A DNA stretch of 64,000 nt, from NCBI GenBank assembly GCA_963822445.1, contig CAWGHO010000002.1:416001-480000 (forward strand). Direction: 5' to 3'. This document shows positions 38,901-46,606 of this stretch, piece after piece. The notes beneath the pieces were generated by a model. It was not told the origin of the DNA. It made no database searches and saw nothing but the letters and a program-made list of their open reading frames with translations. Position 1 is the stretch's first letter; each line of letters opens with the position of its first letter. Position numbers and translations under genes: made by a program. Source of the DNA: an uncultured Acidobacteriota bacterium (GTDB lineage Bacteria > Acidobacteriota > Thermoanaerobaculia > Gp7-AA8).

Positions 38901-39267
38901 CGGATCGGCTCCCGGCGAGCGTCTCCAGTCTCTCGACCGCTGCGTCGGTGCATTGTTCGACTCGGGCGAGTAATTGCACGGCGTCCGTCGCTGTATTCAT
39001 CCTGTCGTCACATTCACTGACGGCAAGAGACACGAGTTCTCTGGGAAGGTTGATCGGCCCGCAATCGGCGGTTTCGAGGACCGAGCCGGCGTGCGGAAGC
39101 CGCTTGGTGCAGGGCCGCCAACGCTCGAATCCGCTCAAGAACGCTTCCGTCGTCCTCAGAGCAGTTTGCTCCTGCCGTTCGCGGCTGCAGAAGAAGCCCG
39201 ACATACAAAGAACGAGGAGGAAGAGCAGGACAGGCTGCCGCCATCGAGCAATGTAGGAAGGGCTCAT
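35971..39267 (-). CDS. TPR + CHAT protease with N-terminal signal/TM
   Basis: VLLFLLVLCMSGFFC; ARFNRALA TPR; IVPDRSMHGLPF, ILHVAAHG, AVLSACSS, GTLWNV, WAAF. Confidence 0.92.
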   Translation of the reverse strand: MSPSYIARWRQPVLLFLLVLCMSGFFCSRERQEQTALRTTEAFLSGFERWRPCTKRLPHAGSVLETADCGPINLPRELVSLAVSECDDRMNTATDAVQLLARVEQCTDAAVERLETLAGSRSDAAFLSDLAGAYYVRAQRKDQPSDLVRSLAAADRAVAGSSSSIAARFNRALAEEALGFTDDAIRSWDALRKDADPSWASEAGQHYARLMSERSRKAATLWELNKERLPIAGAAGDRVAVRELVAPYHNAAQRYVEEELLPAWATASREGGAEEAGRNLALAEMIASALAELERDRYLLDAVRRIREASDPRVLALLREGHLALQSGRALRVGDKAGAAFKQAEAALGAAGSPLRVGAALGRLSVLAMDRRYSEVADGLRAIEREAQGRHPSVIARVHAGRGYCFMVEGLSIDALAEYKKAQAIFKTINDRENISTTQNNIIGLYRRVGHAEFTWQAVFQDQQRIADIVNVQARHSRYGEIAASALELGYPSVALRYQNLAVKAIEDGLSRAAEEEIEGLRRHLGVAVLNRGAIRLKLGDRAGARADLGEAAGLSSDQPDTEVERGFRALLAEIEGQSLAGSNRKAAIAAMSEAIQLVGDTRYRALVASFLMQRADLYRLEGNRSAMTADLESVVATLRAQEGVAVRSGQEKEAGLLWSAYFSRGQEVYRRLIQLYVEDGADAKAFDYAEKARAYEPLHLLLQRNELPDVFRNLIRGGEPLQLQDVERILPAGTTLLQYAVLEDRTYVWIVTGGGSDLRVLPVGERQIRSWTRALQRFASLGDDERFEAALAAPSRALVAEPLALIAKSKPSGDSARLVIVPDRSMHGLPFAALKVDGRYLIEDHAVSVAGSATLYAFALEQDRQRSKDKRTAVRLFADPAFQAGELTRGLKRLPAARSEATRIAALYSSIADVIPPVMDADATVPEFLRRAAESTILHVAAHGVADPDVPPWSFLLMAPAADGDSGVIDAERLLKQLQLKRTRVAVLSACSSAGGTPVGPEGLAPLVRPLIAAGVPGVVGTLWNVTDDANTEDLLVRFHQLYRDGQAADEALRNAQLEMLAYQSATHPVRSWAAFQMIGYASSPFAASDDETRRKK

Positions 39268-39333
39268 CGCAGCTTCTCCACAGGTACCGTGTTTGCGAAT
39301 TGAATGATTCGACCGATGATATACAAGACACGT

Positions 39334-39879
39334 ATGGGCGGCGACCGCGAGAAGCAGTTCGAAGAGCTGTACGCCTACTATCCGGCCGTCGTGAAATTGC
39401 TCCTCGAGCTCGGACTCGAGCTCGAGGACGCCAGAGATCTCGCTCAGAAAGTGTTCGTTCGTGTCTATGAACACATGGATGCGTATCGCGGCGAGTCGCG
39501 ATGGAGTTACCTGCAGAAGGTGACCCGACGTCTTGCCTACAATAAGAACCGCGACGACCACGCCACCAAACGGCAGCACGGCATTGAGGTTCAGACCGAG
39601 GAGATTCTCGAGCTGGAGGACACCCGGACCCCGGCGCCGGACGCGGTATTGCAGAGCAAGCAGGAGACCGAACGCTTGCGACGCGCCATCATTCAGCTCG
39701 AACCGAAAGACCAGACGAGCATTCGTTTGAAGCTGGCCGGATACAGCCTCGACGAGATTGCCCAGGTCGTCGGCACCACCGCTTCGGCACTGAAATCGCG
39801 CCTCAATGGCGTCCGGAAGCGATTGCGCGAGCTGTTGGGTGACGATGTGGAAGGATTGGGTGGGAGCGATGATCAGTAG
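39334..39879 (+). CDS. ECF RNA polymerase sigma factor
   Basis: Region 2 DARDLAQKVFVRVY...WSYL; region 4 GYSLDEIAQVVG..ALKSRL; start could be 39304/39316. Confidence 0.9.
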   Translation: MGGDREKQFEELYAYYPAVVKLLLELGLELEDARDLAQKVFVRVYEHMDAYRGESRWSYLQKVTRRLAYNKNRDDHATKRQHGIEVQTEEILELEDTRTPAPDAVLQSKQETERLRRAIIQLEPKDQTSIRLKLAGYSLDEIAQVVGTTASALKSRLNGVRKRLRELLGDDVEGLGGSDDQ

Positions 39880-40612
39880 GGAAGCGTGGGAAGAGGCGAC
39901 TCGCGATCTGATCGCCGAAGGGCGCGGACGCGTCGGACCGCCGCCGACCTTCGAAGAAGCGGAGGCCCTTTCTCTCGGCCAGCTTTCGGAGGCCGAGACG
40001 GAGCGCGTCCGCGAACGACTTTCCTACTATCCGGACATGCTCGCCATCCTCGTTCACCCGTTCCCGGAAGATGCGGACGGCGTGTTGACTCACGAAGAGC
40101 TCGCGGCGGATCTCGCGAAGATCCGCGAACAGATCCGGCGCGTACCCGAACCGCCGATCACCTTCCCTCGGCGCAATTTCTCGCCCCGCACGATGGCTCT
40201 CGCCGCGGGGATCGTGATCGCGATCTCGATTGGCAGCATCGCCATGTGGCGATTCAGTTCGGAACCGAGGTCCATCTCGACGAGAGTGCTTTTCCCGGAT
40301 GGAGTCCGTGGAGGCACGCGTGGCGTGCCGGAACAGCCGCGCACCCCGCTCTCCACGAAAACCGACTATGAACTGGAACTGCTTTTCAGCGCAGATCGAC
40401 GATCCGGCGAATCGCACATCGAGCTTTACGACGTCAGCAGCAAGACTCCGCGTCTGCTCTGGACTCGCGAACACGTGCAACAGCAGCCCAACGGTGCCTT
40501 CCACGTCAGGCTGGCAACGGACGATCTGGAGCCGGGTCTTTATCGGCTGGTCATCACGGATGAGAAGAACGAGAAACTGGCGGAGTACACGCTACGACTC
40601 TCGGCTCCGTGA
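39869..40612 (+). CDS. Putative anti-sigma factor (degenerate zf-HC2-like N-terminus, TM, extracytoplasmic Ig-like domain)
   Basis: Overlaps the sigma stop; PTFEE..A...GQLSEAE.ERV.ERL; TM MALAAGIVIAISIGSIAMW; LEPGLYRLVI. Confidence 0.7.
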   Translation: MISREAWEEATRDLIAEGRGRVGPPPTFEEAEALSLGQLSEAETERVRERLSYYPDMLAILVHPFPEDADGVLTHEELAADLAKIREQIRRVPEPPITFPRRNFSPRTMALAAGIVIAISIGSIAMWRFSSEPRSISTRVLFPDGVRGGTRGVPEQPRTPLSTKTDYELELLFSADRRSGESHIELYDVSSKTPRLLWTREHVQQQPNGAFHVRLATDDLEPGLYRLVITDEKNEKLAEYTLRLSAP

Positions 40613-40633
40613 TCGTCGCTTCAACTACCTTCT

Positions 40634-41500
40634 TCAGAACAAATCCGGCAAATGCATGAAGTTCCGCATCGCCGCGACGGTCCTCGGCGAGATCTCGCTC
40701 AGAAAAAACGTGAGCGCCTCCACGGTCGCCGCGGGAATCGCGTAGCGCGTCACGAACTCCACTTCGACGTCGTGAACCGCACCCTCGGCTCGTGGAAAGA
40801 GATCGTCGACGGCACGCTCGTTGGGATTGATGACTGTCGCGGTGACTCCCGCGTCCGCGAAGGCGGTTGAAAATTGATCGCGACGGTAGCCGTAGTGCGT
40901 GCAGGCGAGACAGGCGACGATCGGTGCGGCGGGACGGTCCACCTTGTCCAGTGCTGTTGCAACCCAGCGGCGGATCTCCGAAGCCGTGCGCGAGCCCTCG
41001 CGATCCTCGGAGATCGTGTCGGCCAGGCCGGGACAGGCCTGGCTCACGATGCGTGACGGCTCGACTCCGCGCGCGACGAGAAGGCGCGGATACGTACCAG
41101 CGTCGATCGTCGTCTGCGTTCCGAAGATGATGGCCACACTCGCCGGATCCGCCTCGAGCTCCTTCAGCACCAGATCGACTCCGGTCTCGACGATGCCCTT
41201 CACCGGAATCACCGCGTCGCGAAAGTACGGCGTGTCGGGAAGCAGCACCGAGAGGGTGTTGCACGCGACGTAAATCGAGTCAGGCTCGAACCGCTCCGTC
41301 ACGTTCCGCAGGAAGCGGTCGAAGGTCTCGATCTTCACCTCGCGGGACGGCATGGAGTTGTAGCCGTAATCGTTTTCCGGCGCAGCGTTGGCGAATGTCA
41401 GGCGCACCGGCTCCGTGAAACCGTGCGTGCGCACGAACCGCTCGGCATACGCGACGACGGAGAGACCGCCCACACCCGAATCGGTGATGAGGATGTGCAT
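40634..41500 (-). CDS. Glutamate racemase-like (Asp/Glu racemase family)
   Basis: ITDSGVGGLSV, VACNTLS, LACTHY. Confidence 0.85.
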   Translation of the reverse strand: MHILITDSGVGGLSVVAYAERFVRTHGFTEPVRLTFANAAPENDYGYNSMPSREVKIETFDRFLRNVTERFEPDSIYVACNTLSVLLPDTPYFRDAVIPVKGIVETGVDLVLKELEADPASVAIIFGTQTTIDAGTYPRLLVARGVEPSRIVSQACPGLADTISEDREGSRTASEIRRWVATALDKVDRPAAPIVACLACTHYGYRRDQFSTAFADAGVTATVINPNERAVDDLFPRAEGAVHDVEVEFVTRYAIPAATVEALTFFLSEISPRTVAAMRNFMHLPDLF

Positions 41501-41503
41501 CGC

Positions 41504-42223
41504 TTATGTCTCGAGCTCGAAGCGGCCGGTCATCAGGTCGAGCACGATCGGCACGTGACGATCCTTGAGCGTGTACAGCGAAGCGTCTTCCAGCTCCAGC
41601 GTGACGAGATTCAGCCCCCGTTCGCCGGCCCACGTGCCCATCGAGCCCGGCGTCGGATAGCCGATCTCCGTGAGAAACGGGAGCGCGCAACGGTCGGCCA
41701 GTTGGCGGCCGAGGTGGGAGGCGCCGGAGTCGTCGACACAGGCGAGCGCCGAATGCAGGCTGACCACGGCGCGAGGTTTCAGCCGCTCGATGAGAGCGAT
41801 CAGTGCCGTCGTTTCCGGTTCCGACGCCGGTTGCGGACCGGGACTCAGGGCGATGTCGCGCGCGTCGTTCGCCCGGCTCTTGTAGCAGACCGGGTCGGGA
41901 CTCCAGCTCGACGTCGGAAAGTTGCGGTTGAGATCCACCCCGCGGGCATTGCCGCGCGTGCCGCGCAGCATCCCGTCCGGATTGCCGCAGAGGATCACCG
42001 CGGCCCGCAGATCGCCGGTCGGCAGACATCGAAGCGCTTCGGAGACGACGACCGTCGTCTCCGCTTCATCGCCATGGATCGCCGCGAGAATGACGATCTC
42101 CGCGCTTCCCGAATCAGGCAGGTAGACAGTGAGAGGAATGCCTTCGGCTGAGGTGCCGTACTCGGTGGTGGCGTGGTGGATCACGCCGCGATCGCGCCGC
42201 GCCACGAGTCGCTGCTCGGTCAT
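41504..42223 (-). CDS. mpaA: Murein tripeptide amidase MpaA (M14 zinc carboxypeptidase)
   Basis: AAIHGDE, NPDG, RGNARGVDLNRNFP, SEPET, VSLH, GYPTPGS.GTW, VTLE. Confidence 0.85.
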   Translation of the reverse strand: MTEQRLVARRDRGVIHHATTEYGTSAEGIPLTVYLPDSGSAEIVILAAIHGDEAETTVVVSEALRCLPTGDLRAAVILCGNPDGMLRGTRGNARGVDLNRNFPTSSWSPDPVCYKSRANDARDIALSPGPQPASEPETTALIALIERLKPRAVVSLHSALACVDDSGASHLGRQLADRCALPFLTEIGYPTPGSMGTWAGERGLNLVTLELEDASLYTLKDRHVPIVLDLMTGRFELET

Positions 42224-42241
42224 CGCCGCGACTATAGAGGA

Positions 42242-42901
42242 TCACCAGCCGTGGTTTGGAGCCGGCGGCACCGGAGGGACGGGAGGCAGCGGCGCGATCG
42301 CCGGCAATCCCGGCCGGATCTCCGAAAGCGGCTTCCCGGCATCCGCAGGCCTTCCTCGCTGCACGACTCCGCCGTCGCGTACTGTCCGCTCGACGCGAGG
42401 ATCGCCCCAGTAAGTGACAGCTCCGCCCGAGTTGATCGTGGCGCGCAGGTCGCGGCGAGCATTGGTGAAGATTCCGCCGCCTGATTCGATGGAAGCGACG
42501 ACGTCATCCGCGGCAATCGATCGAATGTCGACCGTCCCGCCCTGTTCGACGGTGGCGCGGATGGATGCCTGGCTCGGAAACGAACCGGACGCCTGTAAGG
42601 TCCCGCCGTTGAAAACGGAAGCCTCGGCGATCTCCGGCGTGACGACCTCGATGTCCACGCGATAGCCGCGCGGACACGCTTCCCTGTCGCTGCCGATCAC
42701 CAGCTTTTGGCCTTCGACTTCGACGCGGGTGTATCGCGGATCGCCGGTGAGCATCGTCACCCGCTGCACCGGGCCGTACCGGACGATGACCGTCCCTCCG
42801 TTGTGAAGCTCGATCGATCGGAACCGTTGAAGGGGAATGACAGTCTCCGCTGCCGCAGCCGCCGACAGAGTCACCAGAACGAGCAGTCTCAACGCGCGCA
42901 T
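42242..42901 (-). CDS. Secreted GIN/DUF2807 beta-helix protein
   Basis: Signal peptide MRALRLLVLVTLSAAAAA; repeated xGG turns; GGAVTYWGDP. Confidence 0.75.
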   Translation of the reverse strand: MRALRLLVLVTLSAAAAAETVIPLQRFRSIELHNGGTVIVRYGPVQRVTMLTGDPRYTRVEVEGQKLVIGSDREACPRGYRVDIEVVTPEIAEASVFNGGTLQASGSFPSQASIRATVEQGGTVDIRSIAADDVVASIESGGGIFTNARRDLRATINSGGAVTYWGDPRVERTVRDGGVVQRGRPADAGKPLSEIRPGLPAIAPLPPVPPVPPAPNHGW

Positions 42902-42978
42902 AGTCGTCCTCCGTACTTCGATAGACGTGCGGATCGGGCCGGGGTTAGAGACTCGTGTGGGTGTAAGGTGCGCGCTCC

Positions 42979-43953
42979 ATGACAAAGCAAGCTGTTGCAT
43001 TTCTGATCGCGCTCGGTCTGATCGCGTCCGGCTGTCAAACGACCAGGTCGAACGATCACGGCTTCCTCGCCAGGCGGTCTCCCGACGCGATCCGGGTCAT
43101 GACCTGGAACATCGGACGCGATTCGATCTTCGCCGGGACTGAGTTCGCGCGAACGGAGCAGTTCGCGCGGGTCATGCGCGCCGTTCAGCCGGACATCGTC
43201 TGTCTGCAGGACGTCTGGGCCGGAGCTGAGCGGGCGGCGAGTCTCTTCGACGCGATCCTTCCCGATCGCGAAGGTCGGAAGTGGCAGCACCACGGCGTCA
43301 TCGACAACGTGATCCTCTCCGCCCGCTTCGATCTGAGCCAGCGGGACTCGGGCACTCTCCAGCTCACACAACGCCGCATCCCCGCTCACGCGATGGCGCT
43401 CGCGCGCGACGCCTCGGGCCGCGCGGCATATCTCATCTGCGGACACTTCCAGTCGGGCGCGGGCGTCGCGCACCGCGAGCAGCAGGCCGATCTCGTCGCC
43501 GAGCGAATCTATGCACTTCAATCGACCGCCGCTGTTCCGCTCAGCACTCCGATCGTCATCCTCGGCGACCTGAACTCGAACGCCTCATTCCCCGCCGATT
43601 TCATCACCAACCTGCGCTCGGGACGGATCCGCGGCACCCCGGCGGCTTCCGGCAAGTCGCCGGACTGGGACGGAAGCGAGCTCGAAGACGCGCTTCCACG
43701 CCACAACGGCCGTGGCGAGGACGTCTGGACCTGGAAAAACGAGCGAAGCGAGTTCGCCCCCTCGACGATGGATCGTGTTCTCTATACGGGAAGCGTGGCC
43801 GTCGCGGAGCACTCGTTCGTCCTGAACACCACGACGATGACAGAGGAAGAGCTCACCGCGTCCGGCCTTCAACGAGACGACGTCATGTTCCGGGCGAGCG
43901 AGCGGTTCCATGACCACATCCCGGTCGTCGTCGACTTTCGCATGCGGAAGTGA
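42979..43953 (+). CDS. Endonuclease/exonuclease/phosphatase family lipoprotein
   Basis: Lipobox IASGC; RVMTWNI, PDIVCLQD, ILGDLN, DRV, DHIPV. Confidence 0.88.
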   Translation: MTKQAVAFLIALGLIASGCQTTRSNDHGFLARRSPDAIRVMTWNIGRDSIFAGTEFARTEQFARVMRAVQPDIVCLQDVWAGAERAASLFDAILPDREGRKWQHHGVIDNVILSARFDLSQRDSGTLQLTQRRIPAHAMALARDASGRAAYLICGHFQSGAGVAHREQQADLVAERIYALQSTAAVPLSTPIVILGDLNSNASFPADFITNLRSGRIRGTPAASGKSPDWDGSELEDALPRHNGRGEDVWTWKNERSEFAPSTMDRVLYTGSVAVAEHSFVLNTTTMTEEELTASGLQRDDVMFRASERFHDHIPVVVDFRMRK

Positions 43954-43960
43954 ACGGCTC

Positions 43961-46171
43961 TCAGTCCCGGTCGACCTCAGGCGCGCGCAGGTTGAGCGAG
44001 CCGTGGCGCGCCAGCACGCCGGAAACGCAGCGCGATTCGGGCAGTTTCGCGCCAAGGCGCACGCTTCGTTCCTCGTCGTTGGAGAGCAGGCAGAGGCTGT
44101 AAGCCCCCTCTTCCGCCCGAGGAATCTCGAACTGAAGGCGTTGGTCGGGGTTGCCGATCAAACGCCCTCGCGCGAGATAGGCAACGGCAAAACCGTTCAG
44201 GACGGCGCCGTTGTGAATCACATACGGCCGGAACGGTTCTGCACGTGCTCCGACCCTCCCATCAATCGTGAGCACGCCTCCGTTCTGGTCGACCACGAGA
44301 TCCATGCTCGTTGCCGGGGCTGGGAGCCGCATCATCCTGAAGGAAAAGCCGGGTGCCGCCGCTGCAACGAGAACTTCGCGAGTCTGCGGAGGCAAACGGA
44401 ACTCAAAGACGCCGGTCGTGTCGACCGGGATGGAACCGATGACCGACTGCGCGTGGTTCGCCGGCGAGATGAAGACGGAAGCGCCGATGACGGGCCCCGT
44501 GGCCGAGGCAATCGAACCGCGCAACGGCGAAATGGGCGCGACTCTCAGGACCACGTCGCGTTCTACCGCGCTCTCCGCCAGGTCAACGAACAGCGGCTCC
44601 TCGGTTTCCCGATCGGGCGTGGCCGCCGTCAACGAGTACCGTCCCGGCTGTAGCGCGTTGATGGTGAACGTCCCGCCCGATAACTCGAACTGGTGAAAAC
44701 CATCCGGTGCGGTCAGGTTGATGAATCCCTCGCTCACGGGACGATCGTTCTCATCGACGACCTTTCCTTCGATCCGGATCTCAGGGAGGCGGAGGTCGAT
44801 GGTCGCAACGCCTTCGTCGTCTCGGTGGAGCGCGACTCGTTCGAGCAACCTTTTCACGCGAGGCTGCGCCGATTGAATCTCCACCTCTTCCCAGACTTCC
44901 TGGTCCAGGTCGGGCAGAAATACGAGAAATGTACCGTCGGCCTTCGATCGCGCCGGAATGCGGAATCCGTTTTCGCGGGAGCGGAAAAGGAGTTGCGCCT
45001 GCAGAGGCGTTTCTCCCAGCACGATCGATCCGCGGCCTTTCATCACCCGCACCGGCATGTCGATCGTTCTGTCGCCGTCGAGGTAAAAACTCTCGGAGAA
45101 CCAGACGCTGTCTCGAATCCTGAGCTCCACCGTATAGGAGCCCGAGAGCTGGCGATCGAAGCGGCAGATACCGTCCGCGGGAAGCGGCAACGGCGGCTGG
45201 GGAGCCGCATGGCGCTCCGCGTCGAAGCGCGTAACCGCGACCGTCCACGGCATCTTCGACGCTTCCGGCGGTACCTGAACGTTCACCTTGAGCGTCCAGA
45301 GCCGCTCGAGGATGAGGGGCTCGTCGAGAAGTGATTCGCGGCCTTCGATGACCGTCACCTCACGCTCTTCGGACACCAGATCGCCCGACGAAGCGGACAC
45401 GATGTAACTTCCCGGCAGCACGTCGAAGGAGAAAAATCCCCGTTTGTTTGCGCGTGTGACCGTGCGCGTAACAGACTGGCTGTTGCGCATCGCGTCATTC
45501 CGCTCGCTGGCCGCGGCGTTTCTGAGCGTGACTTCGACAATGTCGGACTCCTGGCGCTTGCCATCGGCACCTTCGACGCGACCGCTGAGCGTCGCCCCGC
45601 GGCGAAAGCCGAGCGTCCCGAGATCCACCGACGGCTTTTCTCGCAGATCAATACCCCATCTGTAGAGCGAAGCGTGACCCGGGATTCTGAAGGCGAGGTC
45701 GTAGGTGCCCATCGGCAGCTCACAGTCGACATGACCATCTGTAACCGGGCAGGACTCGGAGCCCCGCGGAGCACGGGAAGCCGGATCAGTCGGATTGAAG
45801 TAGACATCCAACAGACGCGCCTGGCCGGGCGAGGGAATCGTCACGCGCGTACGAAGCCGGGTCGATCGGTACAAGATGAGAGTCGCCTCCGCCGGCCGGT
45901 CGGCAACGGAGACCAGCACCGGTGCACTCCAGTAGCCGGGGCTCGTCGCACTCACGAACCACTGGCCGCTGGATAACGTGATCGACGCCTCGGAGCCATT
46001 GATCGTGAGCTTGAGCGGATCCATCGCGGCCGCCGCGTTGCGGGCGTGCAGCGTGACCGCGGCTTCTCCGAGCGGGGACTCGTCCCACACCAATTGGATA
46101 GCGACGCGTTGGTCGGCAGCGTAAACCTGCAGGCCGGCGACCAGCGTCGCGAGCAGCAGAACGAATTTCAT
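43961..46171 (-). CDS. Secreted protein with multiple carboxypeptidase-regulatory-like (transthyretin/Ig-fold) domains
   Basis: Signal peptide; GATLSGRV, GFFSF..PGSY, IEGKVVDENDRPV, LQPGRYSL. Confidence 0.75.
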   Translation of the reverse strand: MKFVLLLATLVAGLQVYAADQRVAIQLVWDESPLGEAAVTLHARNAAAAMDPLKLTINGSEASITLSSGQWFVSATSPGYWSAPVLVSVADRPAEATLILYRSTRLRTRVTIPSPGQARLLDVYFNPTDPASRAPRGSESCPVTDGHVDCELPMGTYDLAFRIPGHASLYRWGIDLREKPSVDLGTLGFRRGATLSGRVEGADGKRQESDIVEVTLRNAAASERNDAMRNSQSVTRTVTRANKRGFFSFDVLPGSYIVSASSGDLVSEEREVTVIEGRESLLDEPLILERLWTLKVNVQVPPEASKMPWTVAVTRFDAERHAAPQPPLPLPADGICRFDRQLSGSYTVELRIRDSVWFSESFYLDGDRTIDMPVRVMKGRGSIVLGETPLQAQLLFRSRENGFRIPARSKADGTFLVFLPDLDQEVWEEVEIQSAQPRVKRLLERVALHRDDEGVATIDLRLPEIRIEGKVVDENDRPVSEGFINLTAPDGFHQFELSGGTFTINALQPGRYSLTAATPDRETEEPLFVDLAESAVERDVVLRVAPISPLRGSIASATGPVIGASVFISPANHAQSVIGSIPVDTTGVFEFRLPPQTREVLVAAAAPGFSFRMMRLPAPATSMDLVVDQNGGVLTIDGRVGARAEPFRPYVIHNGAVLNGFAVAYLARGRLIGNPDQRLQFEIPRAEEGAYSLCLLSNDEERSVRLGAKLPESRCVSGVLARHGSLNLRAPEVDRD

Positions 46172-46536
46172 CGACGGAACCGGCAGGAACCCGACGTATT
46201 ACAACGTGGATACTTAACCCCACCACCTTTGTCGATGACAGTGTTCGTACCGCTGCAGGTGCAATAGCCGTAACTTCCGTACAACGTGTAGCAGACGGAT
46301 GCCGTCTGGTTGGCGTCCAGGCCGCACTGCGAGCAGTAAGTCTTGGTGCACAGGGTGGTTGTGGTCCCGCCCCCGGTCGAGCCGGTCCCGCTGCCCCATG
46401 TGTCGTTCAGCCAATCGCACATGGTGTCGCCGACCGTATCCCGGTCGCAATCGTCTTCGAGCGCGTACGCCGGTCCAGGGAAAAGGATCACGCCAAGAGC
46501 AATGAGGAGGACTGCCGTCCAAAATGGAGCTTTCAC
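46168..46536 (-). CDS. Small secreted cysteine-rich protein
   Basis: GGAGGG RBS, GTG start, signal peptide ending AYA, 10 Cys in the mature part, Gly/Thr linker; stop overlaps the next ATG. Confidence 0.7.
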   Translation of the reverse strand: MKAPFWTAVLLIALGVILFPGPAYALEDDCDRDTVGDTMCDWLNDTWGSGTGSTGGGTTTTLCTKTYCSQCGLDANQTASVCYTLYGSYGYCTCSGTNTVIDKGGGVKYPRCNTSGSCRFRR

Positions 46537-46606
46537 GAGTCAATCCCTCCGTTTCGGTAGAAGGGCATAACCCTATACTTCAGGCCGGTTGCGCGTCAAC
46601 CGCCCC

